A stretch of DNA of 63,093 bases, filler included, from Alcyonidium flabelliforme (Eukaryota), in the NCBI GenBank assembly GCA_026167845.1. It is 32 parts of 32 records of this genome, joined end to end, with 100 filler letters (N's around TTAATTAATTAA, not from the genome) between each part and the next. Parts side by side here need not be neighbours in the genome. Positions count along the whole stretch, not along the records: positions 1 to 2,118 come from JAOQFJ010000053.1; positions 2,219 to 4,292 come from JAOQFJ010000054.1; positions 4,393 to 6,420 come from JAOQFJ010000056.1; positions 6,521 to 8,545 come from JAOQFJ010000057.1; positions 8,646 to 10,659 come from JAOQFJ010000058.1; 27 more parts are not named here. The stretch is one strand, 5' to 3'. The translations under genes and the position numbers were made by a program. Of this stretch, positions 1 through 10,759 are shown piece after piece (positions within the stretch are counted from its first letter, which is position 1; each line of letters begins with the position of its first letter). A model generated the notes under the pieces. It did not search any database and was not told the origin of the DNA. It worked only from the letters and a program-made list of their open reading frames with translations.

Positions 1-126
1 AATCAGGTTGAAGTGTACACAATATCCATGAAAATTCATCCACACGATACAATTCAATATCATAAAATACAGGCGGAATACGCATAAATTGTGCAAGTCA
101 CGGGGATTCTATATTTACTTTTTTGA

Positions 127-272
127 AGGCCCATGGGCCGCCCATCAAAAGCCCATGGGCCGACAGTCAAACGGCCCGCCCGCCCATGGGCAGGTAGAAG
201 TAGCCCAATGCGGGCCCATGGGCCGCCCATATGGGTAAAACCCATGGGCCTCATGGGCCGTGGCGAGGTCTA
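127..272. mobile_element. Terminus of a fungal hAT-like DNA transposon with GCCCATGGGC subterminal palindromes
   Basis: Clustered CCCATGGG palindromes ending in CGTGGCGAGGTCTA (259-272); the identical 14-mer ends the GC-rich block at 40519-40532 on the contig with a hAT transposase remnant. Confidence 0.7.
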
Positions 273-896
273 ATAATCTCACTACCCGGATTTTCGGCTC
301 GCTACTTTCCATTTCGCGCTCAACACCAGATCCTGCAGTTCATACAGCGACAACTCGAAACCCATGCCTTCTGCTTCCTTCAGCGTTGGCTTCCATCGGA
401 GTCTCTTGCAGCCGGATGGACTTGCCCAGAAGCCTTAGAGTTGCACAAATTCTTTCGCCTCTTGGAAGTCCATCAAGGAAAAGTCAAGGACGAATGTTTT
501 CAGTTGACCTGGAGCACGTTGACAGGATGGCGTCGCGTGATTAGTAGCATTCGCCACGCAGCTGTGCACCGCATTCCACACGATCGGAAAACATTCCTTA
601 AGATCGTTCACGTGGCCATCAAATTTTCGAAATGCATCGCTGGCTTCAAAGGCTCCAAAAGACTTTGTCGCATTCAAAAGTTCGTGAAGACATCGGTTTC
701 AGAGTTCGACCAGCTGAGAGCCCAGCTAAAACACAATGCCCGCTTACAAATTTCTTTGGGTGAAGCCCACCCCGATCATTTAGCCCGGCGGTTAGTTTTG
801 CTTCCGGAAGCTGTCAGGAGAGTGCTTCAGAGCGTTGAAGACGACTTCGTCTCTAAAGTGAAACAGTTTTTACACGCGGAGTTCAAAAGTACTTAG
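273..896 (+). CDS. Fungal hypothetical protein with an Rx4H (HEPN-like) motif; 5' end probably cut by the transposon
   Basis: ORF 231-896 starts inside the transposon end; motifs WTCPEALEL and IRHAAVHR. Confidence 0.5.
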   Translation: MISLPGFSARYFPFRAQHQILQFIQRQLETHAFCFLQRWLPSESLAAGWTCPEALELHKFFRLLEVHQGKVKDECFQLTWSTLTGWRRVISSIRHAAVHRIPHDRKTFLKIVHVAIKFSKCIAGFKGSKRLCRIQKFVKTSVSEFDQLRAQLKHNARLQISLGEAHPDHLARRLVLLPEAVRRVLQSVEDDFVSKVKQFLHAEFKST

Positions 897-1152
897 GGGT
901 CGTCCGCGTATCCTACCTACAACGCCAAGCGCATGGCGAACTGCACCGTCTCGTAAAAAGAGTAGGAATATAAAGAATGAATTCTGAAATTGCTGCTATA
1001 CTTTCAAGGTCCGTGAAAATGCTCAAGCCACAGATCTAATTCTGTCTAGGTGTCAGGTCACTCCGTCCACTTTCATTCCGAACCCACCTCATCCGCTTGT
1101 CCCCAGTCATCTGTCTTGAAAGGAGTCAAAGCAACACAAAGCTCTGGAAGTG

Positions 1153-1722
1153 TCAAAGCCATCGAAGCGAAGACTGCCTAACAGGAGAGACCTTCCACTG
1201 CTGCTTCCACTCCTGTTCTGCACTGGTTTCCTCGGCTCGCGATTTGTCAAGAGCCACTCTTAATGAAACGATAGCTCGAATCAAGCGCGGGTCCCCAGAA
1301 GGGCTGTTTGCCGGGTTGAAATGATACTGCAGAGCCAGACTTTGGGTTGCGTCCATTGTGGTGCTGACAAGTCGGTGGAAGCTCTCAAAACACTTGCAAT
1401 AAAAATCGTTCTCAAGCCCCTGCTGTCTGTGTTGCTGCATTCTTTCGGCCTTCAACTCGGAAACCGACATTTCGGGTTGTATTTTGGATTTCCTCAGTCG
1501 TGGCCGGGTGGTTTCCAAGGCCATGGTAGATCCGCTCGCCATAGAGATTTGGTGGTCCAGTAAATTTATCTCAGGAAGAGATGGCTTGATTTGTAGGGTA
1601 GTTGGTATGGTAGTAATAGGGATAGCATCTTTGGCTGTGTCCGTGGATCGACTGTAGATGCTTGAAGTGTTGTCGCGAGAGTAACCGGGAGTTCGATGTT
1701 GGAAAGGGTTCATATCGGTCAT
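1153..1722 (-). CDS. Fungal hypothetical protein, 189 aa
   Basis: ATG-started open frame with a coiled-coil-like C-terminus; no recognised domain. Confidence 0.45.
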   Translation of the reverse strand: MTDMNPFQHRTPGYSRDNTSSIYSRSTDTAKDAIPITTIPTTLQIKPSLPEINLLDHQISMASGSTMALETTRPRLRKSKIQPEMSVSELKAERMQQHRQQGLENDFYCKCFESFHRLVSTTMDATQSLALQYHFNPANSPSGDPRLIRAIVSLRVALDKSRAEETSAEQEWKQQWKVSPVRQSSLRWL

Positions 1723-2118
1723 GGACTGTCCACGTCTCGGCTCTCTGAAACCGACGTATATAGGGAACGGGAGTTACAAGCGTTTTAAGAACGGAAAGTC
1801 CATTTCATGGGCGAAACAGTCAATTTGTGCTCTAAGATAGTTTCTGAACGGCTTCCCTCACATTCTCACCACCGTTGACGAACCGCGCACTCTTAGCCGT
1901 AGACCAGCACCGGCATAGTGCCAAGGTAGTCTCTAGGAATTTCACCAATGTTCCCAGGCGCCAAGTGTATTGCCATACTAAGGGGTGGTATTATAGAGAC
2001 GTCGTATGGTTCTTTGACAGCGAGCGAACTTTGCGGCGATTCTGTCTTCGCCCCGTCCCCTATTCGCGCTTTGAGATTTCACAAACGAGGGCGACCATAA
2101 CCTGTGTCCACGGGTTAC

Positions 2119-2218
2119 NNNNNNNNNNNNNNNNNNNNNNNNNNNNNNNNNNNNNNNNNNNNTTAATTAATTAANNNNNNNNNNNNNNNNNNNNNNNNNN
2201 NNNNNNNNNNNNNNNNNN
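2119..2218. other. Artificial contig spacer (first of 31)
   Basis: N-run + TTAATTAATTAA (stops in all six frames) + N-run, 100 bp, recurring about every 2 kb; contigs are in descending length order. Confidence 0.98.
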
Positions 2219-2333
2219 CAATTCCTATTTTACCATTAGCAGCTGTTAAAACTTTATAGTTAGAAAGCTCTAAAAGCTCTGCAGTATTTTCACGCAATGC
2301 CAAGTCGTCTTCAATTAACAATAATGTTTGCAT
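2219..2333 (-). CDS. Response regulator receiver domain N-terminus (partial, Flavobacteria-like)
   Basis: Hand translation MQTLLLIEDDLALRENTAELLELSNYKVLTAANGKIG; not in the ORF track. Confidence 0.85.
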
Positions 2334-2338
2334 AGTCT

Positions 2339-2587
2339 TTATTTTATTATGTTTACCGGAATTGTAACAGTAAAAGTAGTTCCTTTATTCTCTTCACTTA
2401 CAAATGTAATGCAACCTCCTAAATTTTCTAAATGACTTTTCACTATATTTAAGCCGATACCTGTTCCTTGCGTTAATAACGCATTTTCTGCTCTAAAATA
2501 CCTATTAAATAAAAACTTTTGCTCTTCTTCAGGAATACCAATACCAGCATCTATAATACTAATTTTTAAACCTTCTTCTTCAACCAC
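2339..2587 (-). CDS. Sensor histidine kinase HATPase_c C-terminus (5'-truncated)
   Basis: G1 box DAGIGIP, F box LFNRYFR, G2 box GTGIGLNIV. Confidence 0.9.
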   Translation of the reverse strand: MVEEEGLKISIIDAGIGIPEEEQKFLFNRYFRAENALLTQGTGIGLNIVKSHLENLGGCITFVSEENKGTTFTVTIPVNIIK

Positions 2588-2592
2588 CCACT

Positions 2593-4255
2593 ATGCCACC
2601 AATTCGCTCTCAAAGCTCTAGAAATTCAATAGAGAAAGAGGGTAGGATCCTATTAGCTATCCAGGCTATTAGGAACCAAGAAATCACTGCTGTCCGCAAA
2701 GCAGCGCGTTCTTTCAATGTCCCTGAAGCTACATTACGCCGCCGCCTCCATGGTACACCTTTTCGCTCTGAAACCCGCGCCAATAGTCGGAAATTGACAG
2801 AGATTGAAGAGGAATCGCTTCAAAAATGGATACTCTCTATGGATTCTCGTGGAGCAGCCCCCCGGCCTGCTACTGTACGAGAAATCGCGAATCTTTTACT
2901 CATGAGGCGTGGATCCACCCCAGTTCAAACAGTTGGTGAGAATTGGGTCTCAAACTACATAAAAAGGCATCCGGAGCTTTCAACCCGATTCTCAAGGCGT
3001 TATAATTACGAGCGTGCGAAGTGTGAAGACCCAAGAATCATCCATGAGTGGTTTAATTGTGTGCAACATACAATACTTCAATATGGCATTGACCCTGATG
3101 ATATCTACAACTTTGATGAGACTGGCTTTGCAATGGGCTTAACTGCAACTGCAAAAGTGATTACAAGGTCTGAATACTATGGTCGGCGATCCCTTTTACA
3201 ACCTGGAAATCGTGAATGGGCCACTGCAATTGAGGCAATAAGTGCATCAGGGTGGGCCTTGCCTCCATGCATCATTTTCAAAGGCAAGGTCTTTATTGAA
3301 GGTTGGTTTCACAGCCTTCCAGGTGATTGGCTATTTGAAGTTAGCCCAAATGGATGGACTTCTGATGAAATTGGGCTTCAGTGGCTCCAAAAGATCTTTA
3401 TTCCATCAACAATTACTCGCACAAAAGGGAAATATCGGCTTTTGATCCTAGACGGCCATGGTAGTCATTTGACACCAAAATTCGACGAAATTTGCAGCCA
3501 AAATGATATTATCCCAATTTGTATGCCAACCCATTCATCACATCTTTTACAGCCACTCGATATTGGCTGTTTTGCAGTGTTAAAGCGATCATATGGTCAG
3601 CTTGTTGAAACCAAAATGCGTCTTGGGCTTAACCATATTGACAAATTAGACTTCCTGGAGGCCTACCCACATGCACGAATTGAAGCCTTCAAACCCAATA
3701 CTATCAAAAATAGCTTCACAGCAGCTGGTTTAGTGCCTTTTGACCCTGATCGGGTGCTTTCAAAGCTCAATATTCAGCTTCGTACGCCAACCCCCCCGGG
3801 AAGTCAGAGTAGTGATTGGGAGCCAAAAACGCCTTTGAACTACATGCAATTACAAAAGCAATCCTCGTCAATTAAAGCATTGCTCCGTACGAGATCAAGA
3901 AGCCCACCAAGTCCGCTTAATACTGCGATAAATCAGATTCTTAAAGCATGCCAAATCGGCATGCAATCAGCTGCTATTCTTGAGAAAGAAGTAAAAGATT
4001 TATGTGCTTTGAGTCTAAAGCAGAAGCAAAAGTGTACACGGTCTAGAAGGCAGATACCTCATGAAGAAGGCCTCTCAGTTTCAGAGGCTCTTGAGCTAAT
4101 TGAGGCTCCAATTGAGACCCCAATAGCTTCAGCACCCCCCCCAGCCAAGACGGCCTTCACCACCTTTACAGCCGCGCACGAGGGCTTTACCGAAGTGCAG
4201 TACCTGTGGAAATGAAGGACATAAGAGAAATGCATGTCCAGCTAGACCTAAATAG
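2593..4255 (+). mobile_element. Fot1/pogo-family (Tc1/mariner superfamily) DDE transposase with a frameshift before the C-terminal zinc knuckle
   Basis: N-terminal HTH/CENP-B-like region, YNFDETGF, LILDGHGSH, LQPLD; CSTCGNEGHKRNAC lies in another frame after the C8 run at about 4135-4142, with stop at 4253-4255. Confidence 0.93.
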
Positions 4256-4763
4256 TTTTTTTTGTTAATGAATTGGCGTTTTAGTTGCAATGNNNNNNNN
4301 NNNNNNNNNNNNNNNNNNNNNNNNNNNNNNNNNNNNTTAATTAATTAANNNNNNNNNNNNNNNNNNNNNNNNNNNNNNNNNNNNNNNNNNNNGGTGTCAG
4401 CATATTCCATAATAGGTTGGCAGAGACTAGTGTAGGCAATGGTTTCAGTTGAATGGTCTACCAATTATTATTACCCTACTGATAGGGTAATTACCCTACT
4501 GGGTAAGTACCGTCTTCTCGCGGCACAGGGACGCGCGTCTTATAAGGGGGTGCGCCTTAGACCCCGACGAGTAGTGCATCATTAGGGCACGCGTCTAAAA
4601 AGTGAGATCTTTTTTAAATACATTATGGTGCACCTTATAAGGTGAAGGTCACATTTAACAGCTCCCAGCGTTTCCTATTTTCCATTTGTAACCTGATGGG
4701 GAGAGCAGTGGAGCAGTCAAGGATTTTGCTGGTGTTAGTGTTGCGTCTTTTAAACATGTTTAA

Positions 4764-5762
4764 CTCTTTCACTACCGACTTATTTTTCGAAATTTTACAT
4801 GCCTCACTTTATTTCAATATTCTGAGAGAAGTTGCATAGCTGGAGCTTTAAAATATAATAACATTTTGTTCACAACAGAATTGTGCACCTTATGATGCTA
4901 TTCATGGGTTGGGTGGGGGGTAGGGGGTAGGGGGTGGGGTAGGCCAGGTAACGAAAAAGAAACCGAGTATTTTCAGATTCATAGCCGGTGAATGTTGAGT
5001 TTGGCACCTAGAAATTTGAAACCAAGCTTATTAAAATCCTCTCAGAACACTAAATCTAGTAAACCTGGGTGTGGTTGCCTACCATGCACCCAAGCCTACT
5101 AAGTGACAGCAATAACTTAGCTAATTTACTAAATTTTATTATTATTTTAGTGTATGATGTAAATCAAAATTAGTAAATTGTGTGAGAACCATTAGGCCTA
5201 GAGATTTAATTTTTTTACCATTGGATTCCCTGTCGAAATCTGCATAGAAAACATGTATTCTGCACTTCACTCCGACCTCTGAGTGTAAAAGGTAATTTGA
5301 AATGTATATGTATCATACGCTGACTCCAAAACACGTTATAATTATAAATTACAAGCCGGATTTTATGCGATTTCTAAATTTGAACTGCTAAAGTAGCTTT
5401 TTTTTCTAATTTCTTTTGATATGTACGTGTGTATAAATTCCCCCTCTATCTATTGCAAAAAAAATTATTTTCCTAACTCTATTCAAACTCAAGATATCAT
5501 GATTTTTGTTCAGGCCGGTAAAACGGCAACCAAAACCGGAAACGTGAAAAATCAAAGAATTTTGCTAAGGCGAAAAATTGATCTCTAGCCTCATTATTTC
5601 TACATGTTGTCTTTAATGAAATTCGAGGTTTAGAAATTGGCTTTACAATAACATTTAGTATGGCAGTAGAGCACAACTCTAACTGAAGTTATTTGAATTT
5701 TAATGAGGGTGATTTACCGAAACAGAAAATGGCGCACGCTGCGCTGTATGGTAGTGAAAGAG
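4764..5762. mobile_element. Non-autonomous DNA transposon with TTAA target site (piggyBac-like), 999 bp
   Basis: 13-bp perfect TIR CTCTTTCACTACC / GGTAGTGAAAGAG flanked by TTAA on both sides; no coding capacity. Confidence 0.8.
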
Positions 5763-6614
5763 TTAAGTTATTGTACCATTCAACTTCTCTTTTCTTGTTG
5801 TATATCATCGATAGAAATGTACTATTTATGTTCTGTCATTTTTGTTTTTTGTTTTTTTTACTTTCCTGCAGTAACTATGATTATGTTCCATCATCAATAA
5901 AAATAGTTATATATCATCCCAAAATTCCAATGGTAAACTTAATTAAATTGATAATCCATCACAAATATCACTTACATTAACGCATCAATAATCAATTACT
6001 ATCTACGGATAATCTGAAGGCGTGTCTGACAGAGTCTGACCTCCACTTTTTTGACCAATAAACACAAATCTCCCACGTATTGCAAGCTTTTCATTGGTTC
6101 CAGTGACTGTGAAAAAGAAATTCTCAAATCATACTCATTTTTTGCCTTTTAATTGACACAAAGACCTTTGCAGTGTGAGCAAGTGTCTCTCTCTCTGTAT
6201 CGCTATATACAGTTCAACGACCAATCTCTCATCACCGTCGACGGTGAGAAAAAGAAAAGGACAAGGGTGCCATCGCGTACCATTCAGTCTGGATGGCACC
6301 TCCACTAAACAGCCACTCCTGTCGGCCGCCCCCCAGAACATCGGCCCCCGGAGGGGGCCGATGTTCCGGGGGAACAGGACACCGTCGACGATCAAGGAGA
6401 AACAAAACAAAAAAAAAAGCNNNNNNNNNNNNNNNNNNNNNNNNNNNNNNNNNNNNNNNNNNNNTTAATTAATTAANNNNNNNNNNNNNNNNNNNNNNNN
6501 NNNNNNNNNNNNNNNNNNNNGCGCTTTGCTCTAGAACGCTTTGATGAATTTTGACAACACTTTATACTTGTTCCTTGCATAAAAATAACAGCTGCTATAG
6601 ATTTCCGTCAGCCA

Positions 6615-6810
6615 GGCGGATTAGCTCAGTTGGTAGAGCGTCGGACACATAACTGAAAGGTTGTGTGTTCGGATCCCGCCCCGGGCAGTCCGTTGTGTCT
6701 TTGAGCAAGACACTTTACTGGCGTTGCTCCAGTCGACTCAGCTGGGAATGAGTACCAGCTACGGCTGGGAAACTAACCTGCAACAGAATTGCGTCCTGTC
6801 CAGGGGGAGT
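6615..6810 (+). mobile_element. tRNA-derived SINE
   Basis: A box TAGCTCAGTTGGTAGAGC, degenerate B box GTTCGGATCCC, then a CORE-like GTGTCTTTGAGCAAGACACTTTAC and a SINE-like body. Confidence 0.75.
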
Positions 6811-7460
6811 GCCCTAAAGGCTCCCGAAGGATTTAGTTAGTTAGTGTCAGACTTTTTGCCATGTATCAGACATGGGTAGCCCCAGGGTAGATAGGCACAA
6901 GGAAATGTGAAGGGAAAATAATTTACAAAACATACATATTCAACATTAGATTCTACTGGCTATTTATTATATTGATTTTAAAATATATAACTCTTCTTTA
7001 GAAACATTGAAGAAGATAAACCTACTATTTTGATGGATTCCTAGGTCCCCAAGGAGACCTGCAGTACCTGACACTGAAGGGGCCACATAGGATAAAGATT
7101 AATTTTAAATAAATACATAATACTTGTTATTTGTTAAGAGCACACCTACCAATCCATCTAGTTGTTTCTTTGGGGATTGTCCTTCTGCCTCGCATTGGTT
7201 TGGTCATTCAGATAGAAATGTCTGCAGTGTTCCTCACAGGGTCGGACTACAGACCTTAATGGGCTGAGCATACTGACAAGTCACATGTGAGCATTTCTCT
7301 GTGAAAATAAACATCAATTTATAGTTAAATACAATCATAATACAAAAATGATACAAGTTTGATTTGGGGGGTACTTCCATTTAGAGTGGGTAGGGATGGT
7401 ACCGTGCTCGAGTAAAAAACACACCCATTATTTCAGATACCCAGTGAATTCATAAGTTAA

Positions 7461-7735
7461 ATGCGTACATCGCTACTTACGAATGTTGAATTATCAATTA
7501 TAGTAATATGACGTTTGCATCTGTTTAATACGTTACAGTTGATCTCAGTTATCTCGTCACCTGCAGGATATTTCCTCAAGTTGCATAGGCCGCCTAGTAT
7601 ATTAATTTCCGGAATAAGCGAATGTAGTTATTCGTTCAGATGAATGTAAGGATGTAATTTGTAACAACAATTCTAAAGCAATTGACCTCATTCAATAGTT
7701 GATGATTTAACATTCGTAAGTAGCGATGTACACCT
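7461..7735. mobile_element. MITE with TTAA flanks (Kolobok-like), 275 bp
   Basis: TIR GTACATCGCTACTTACGAATGTT / AACATTCGTAAGTAGCGATGTAC; TTAA at 7457-7460 and 7736-7739. Confidence 0.75.
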
Positions 7736-7821
7736 TTAACCGATACCAGTGAAAATCTGACCAAAATCAGTGCCACACCGTACCCATTCCACATCGCCCT
7801 ACAATCAATGGAAGTTACTCC

Positions 7822-8064
7822 GGTACAGGTCGTACAGAGCGGTCCCTCGTATTTCCCTGTTATTCAGTCAATGTGTTTTAATTTCAAGAATGAATAACAG
7901 AACGTAGACGAGGGACCGCTCTGTAGGCCTATACTTGTACCTACCTTCCCAGGGTACAAGTCGTACATAGCGGTCCCTCGCTTATTCCTGTTATTCAGTC
8001 AATGTGTTTTAATTGACTGAATAACAGGAAGTAAAATAGGGACCGCTATATACGACCTGTACCC
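7822..8064. repeat. Two tandem palindromic mini-elements of about 115 bp
   Basis: Copy 1: perfect 18-bp IR at 7833-7850/7908-7925. Copy 2: perfect 19-bp IR at 7985-8003/8012-8030. The copies are homologous. Confidence 0.8.
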
Positions 8065-9095
8065 AAATTTCACCAACCGCCCGACTCATAAAATTCAATT
8101 TGCTTTTCGTAAATTGTGAAGTTGTTGTAAATTTGAACATGTTTAAAAGCTAGCACCAAGCTACCGCAAGCACTCTAAATACGCTTGTGATCAGGAAATA
8201 GTTAGCAGGTTAGGCCTTTCTTCTTAATTACAAGCTTACCCGCGATTTGTCAGCCGAGGACGTACGTCGCCATATTGGATTGGAATTTGAATTTCGAATT
8301 TTCCACTTTTTCATGAGCTCTGCTACTGTTTCTTCACTTTTAGCATAAATGTGTCCACTTTGCAACATCTGTACATTACAAAGGTTCTCTGACATCTTGT
8401 GGTGTGTTAAGAAATTGTGGAGATTAGTCGCAACATCAGATTAAACACGGAAAATTTTCGCGAGGCCTATATCTATGCTTTCCAGAAAAACACGATTACA
8501 TAGACATCTAGCGGATAATACTAGAAGTAACTTGCCAGGGATAACNNNNNNNNNNNNNNNNNNNNNNNNNNNNNNNNNNNNNNNNNNNNTTAATTAATTA
8601 ANNNNNNNNNNNNNNNNNNNNNNNNNNNNNNNNNNNNNNNNNNNNATATATATATATATATATATTTTTTAAATGTATTACGGAATAGGTTAAAAACTTA
8701 ACTTAACAAACTTAACACACTAATCTAAAAATTACTGATATTGTATATACAAAATGTAAACTATATGAAAACTCAACAACTGAGATTACAAAATTGAGTA
8801 CAGTAACTAATACAAAATGGCATTTCTGAAACTTGGCAGTTTAGTACACAAAATTTGAATTCCTTTTCTTTGCAGCATGTTTCCCAGACATTGTTACTGG
8901 TAATGGAAATTAGCCATCAGCAGACCACCTTTCTTCCTCAGATATTTTTTTAGTGATTTGTGATTATTGTTTAAACTCTTCAACACTATCTGCTGATAAA
9001 CACTGGTCAGGATTACTAATATTTAATAAGTTGCTAAACTTTACTTTTTCTGTGATGTTTTGATTCACATTGTTTCACAATGCTGCTGAAAATTA

Positions 9096-9640
9096 TTACT
9101 TGTGCAGTACTTTCACGAGTAGCATGACAAGTTTGGTTAACATGCCATTACTTTTGGGTTTTACCCATTGAATTGCATGTATGCCTGCAAGTAGCTTTAC
9201 ATCATCATGTTTAGAAATACATGGGTCTAACAAATGTATCAACATAACGAAATACCCATCATTTAACTGTGAACCTGGAGCAGGAAACTCTAGATTTTCC
9301 ACACAAAAATTATACAGATCCTGTGCATTTTGAATTACAGTTCCCTTTATCATAATGGCCATATTTGCTTTATGCTTAACATAATCATTTTTTTGGTCTT
9401 GAGGTCCTTTTGCGTGGGGTGTTTCAAGAAAATGTCTTATCAATGAATTAAAAAATTTCGTATTACTGTCATACAAGCAAGCAAATGCATATTAACTTTT
9501 ACACTGACTGCTACAACCACCAGTAAATTCGTATACCTGCACTAAAGGGTAACCTATGCTTTTCAGATATTCCTTGATTAAACGTTGAATGTGTATCACT
9601 GAATGGTGGTCGTAGTGTAAGTCTGGACTCAAAACAAGAA
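9096..9640 (-). pseudogene. Decayed Sola2-like DNA transposase
   Basis: Hand translation SPDLHYDHHSV...YEFTGGCSSQCKS and FLETPHAKGPQD resemble the FxDGxxxQYK and TSHGKGPxD motifs; stops and frameshifts present. Confidence 0.55.
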
Positions 9641-10759
9641 CATCTCATAGTCCCTGTTATCGTAAAATCGTTTATGTGTAGCCAGATCCACTTGCTCGAC
9701 TTTCAATACTTGATCGGTCTGTCGAAAAAGGGACACACCTTTTGATTTTGCGCTTGACCTCCCTAATTAATGAAATAAGTTGTAGCAGTTTGATGTTCAA
9801 GTTAATACTGGTACACAGCACTATGGCGACCCCTGGCGACTGACCACAGCACCCCGAACAGCACTTTGACAGCACCTTGCAAATAAAAAAACACATTCAA
9901 TTGCACTGGCAATGGTCCGAGGAACATTACGGGACAAATTATACAACTGATAAACACATTGCTTGTCACAATTATCACCCAAAACAGTACAAAACGATGT
10001 TATGTTTTTATCGGAGGACGAGGCCAGCCGGAACAGGGGCTCTTCTACACGTGGCGAATAATAAATTAGTATTACTTCACTACTACAATATATATGCTAA
10101 AACTGATCTAAACATCGCAGACATTCAGTAAATCAAGACCCAGAGGTGGGTTAATGGGTAATACAGAAGAAAACACTCACTTTTACTAACCAGCTTGAGG
10201 TCTGCAAACCGCCCGTCGCCATTCCTGTAGACAAAATCACGTGACCAAATGTTTACATTTTTGTTCAACAGCAAAAGTGGCTGTAGCAAGTAAACAAGGT
10301 AGTAATAGCAATTACTTGTTTTCCTGTTATTTTCTATGGAATGCTCCAAACACATTTTGAGTAGAGACTGGCTCCGTAGCTTAAGAATATTTTTTATAGT
10401 AAAGATTTACGACACCGTACCTTGACGACTATTGAAGTTTACATTTTTGTTCAACATTTCAACGGGCTCATTTCGAAAATATGGAATGCTATTATTTGAG
10501 GTAATTACATAAATATAAAATACCATTGGCACAAAAGTGAAATAATATCAAACTTTTAACAAAGACGCGTATTTAGTGATATTTTGACCCAAAGTTAATA
10601 TAACCCCGGCAGATCGGCATCGAAAGACACAACTCACCAGGTAATGAATTTTCCCATTTNNNNNNNNNNNNNNNNNNNNNNNNNNNNNNNNNNNNNNNNN
10701 NNNTTAATTAATTAANNNNNNNNNNNNNNNNNNNNNNNNNNNNNNNNNNNNNNNNNNNN

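Noticed and set aside
2163..2174. Regularly spaced TTAATTAATTAA as a biological repeat array
   Set aside because: Artificial linker within N spacers; ORFs ending in X...LIN are artefacts of it
6615..6686. Functional tRNA-Met gene
   Set aside because: Stems pair poorly, the T-loop is degenerate, and it runs into a SINE body
10251..10456. 20-bp direct repeat GTTTACATTTTTGTTCAACA (10251 and 10437)
   Set aside because: Only two copies in AT-rich eukaryotic DNA; no function can be supported
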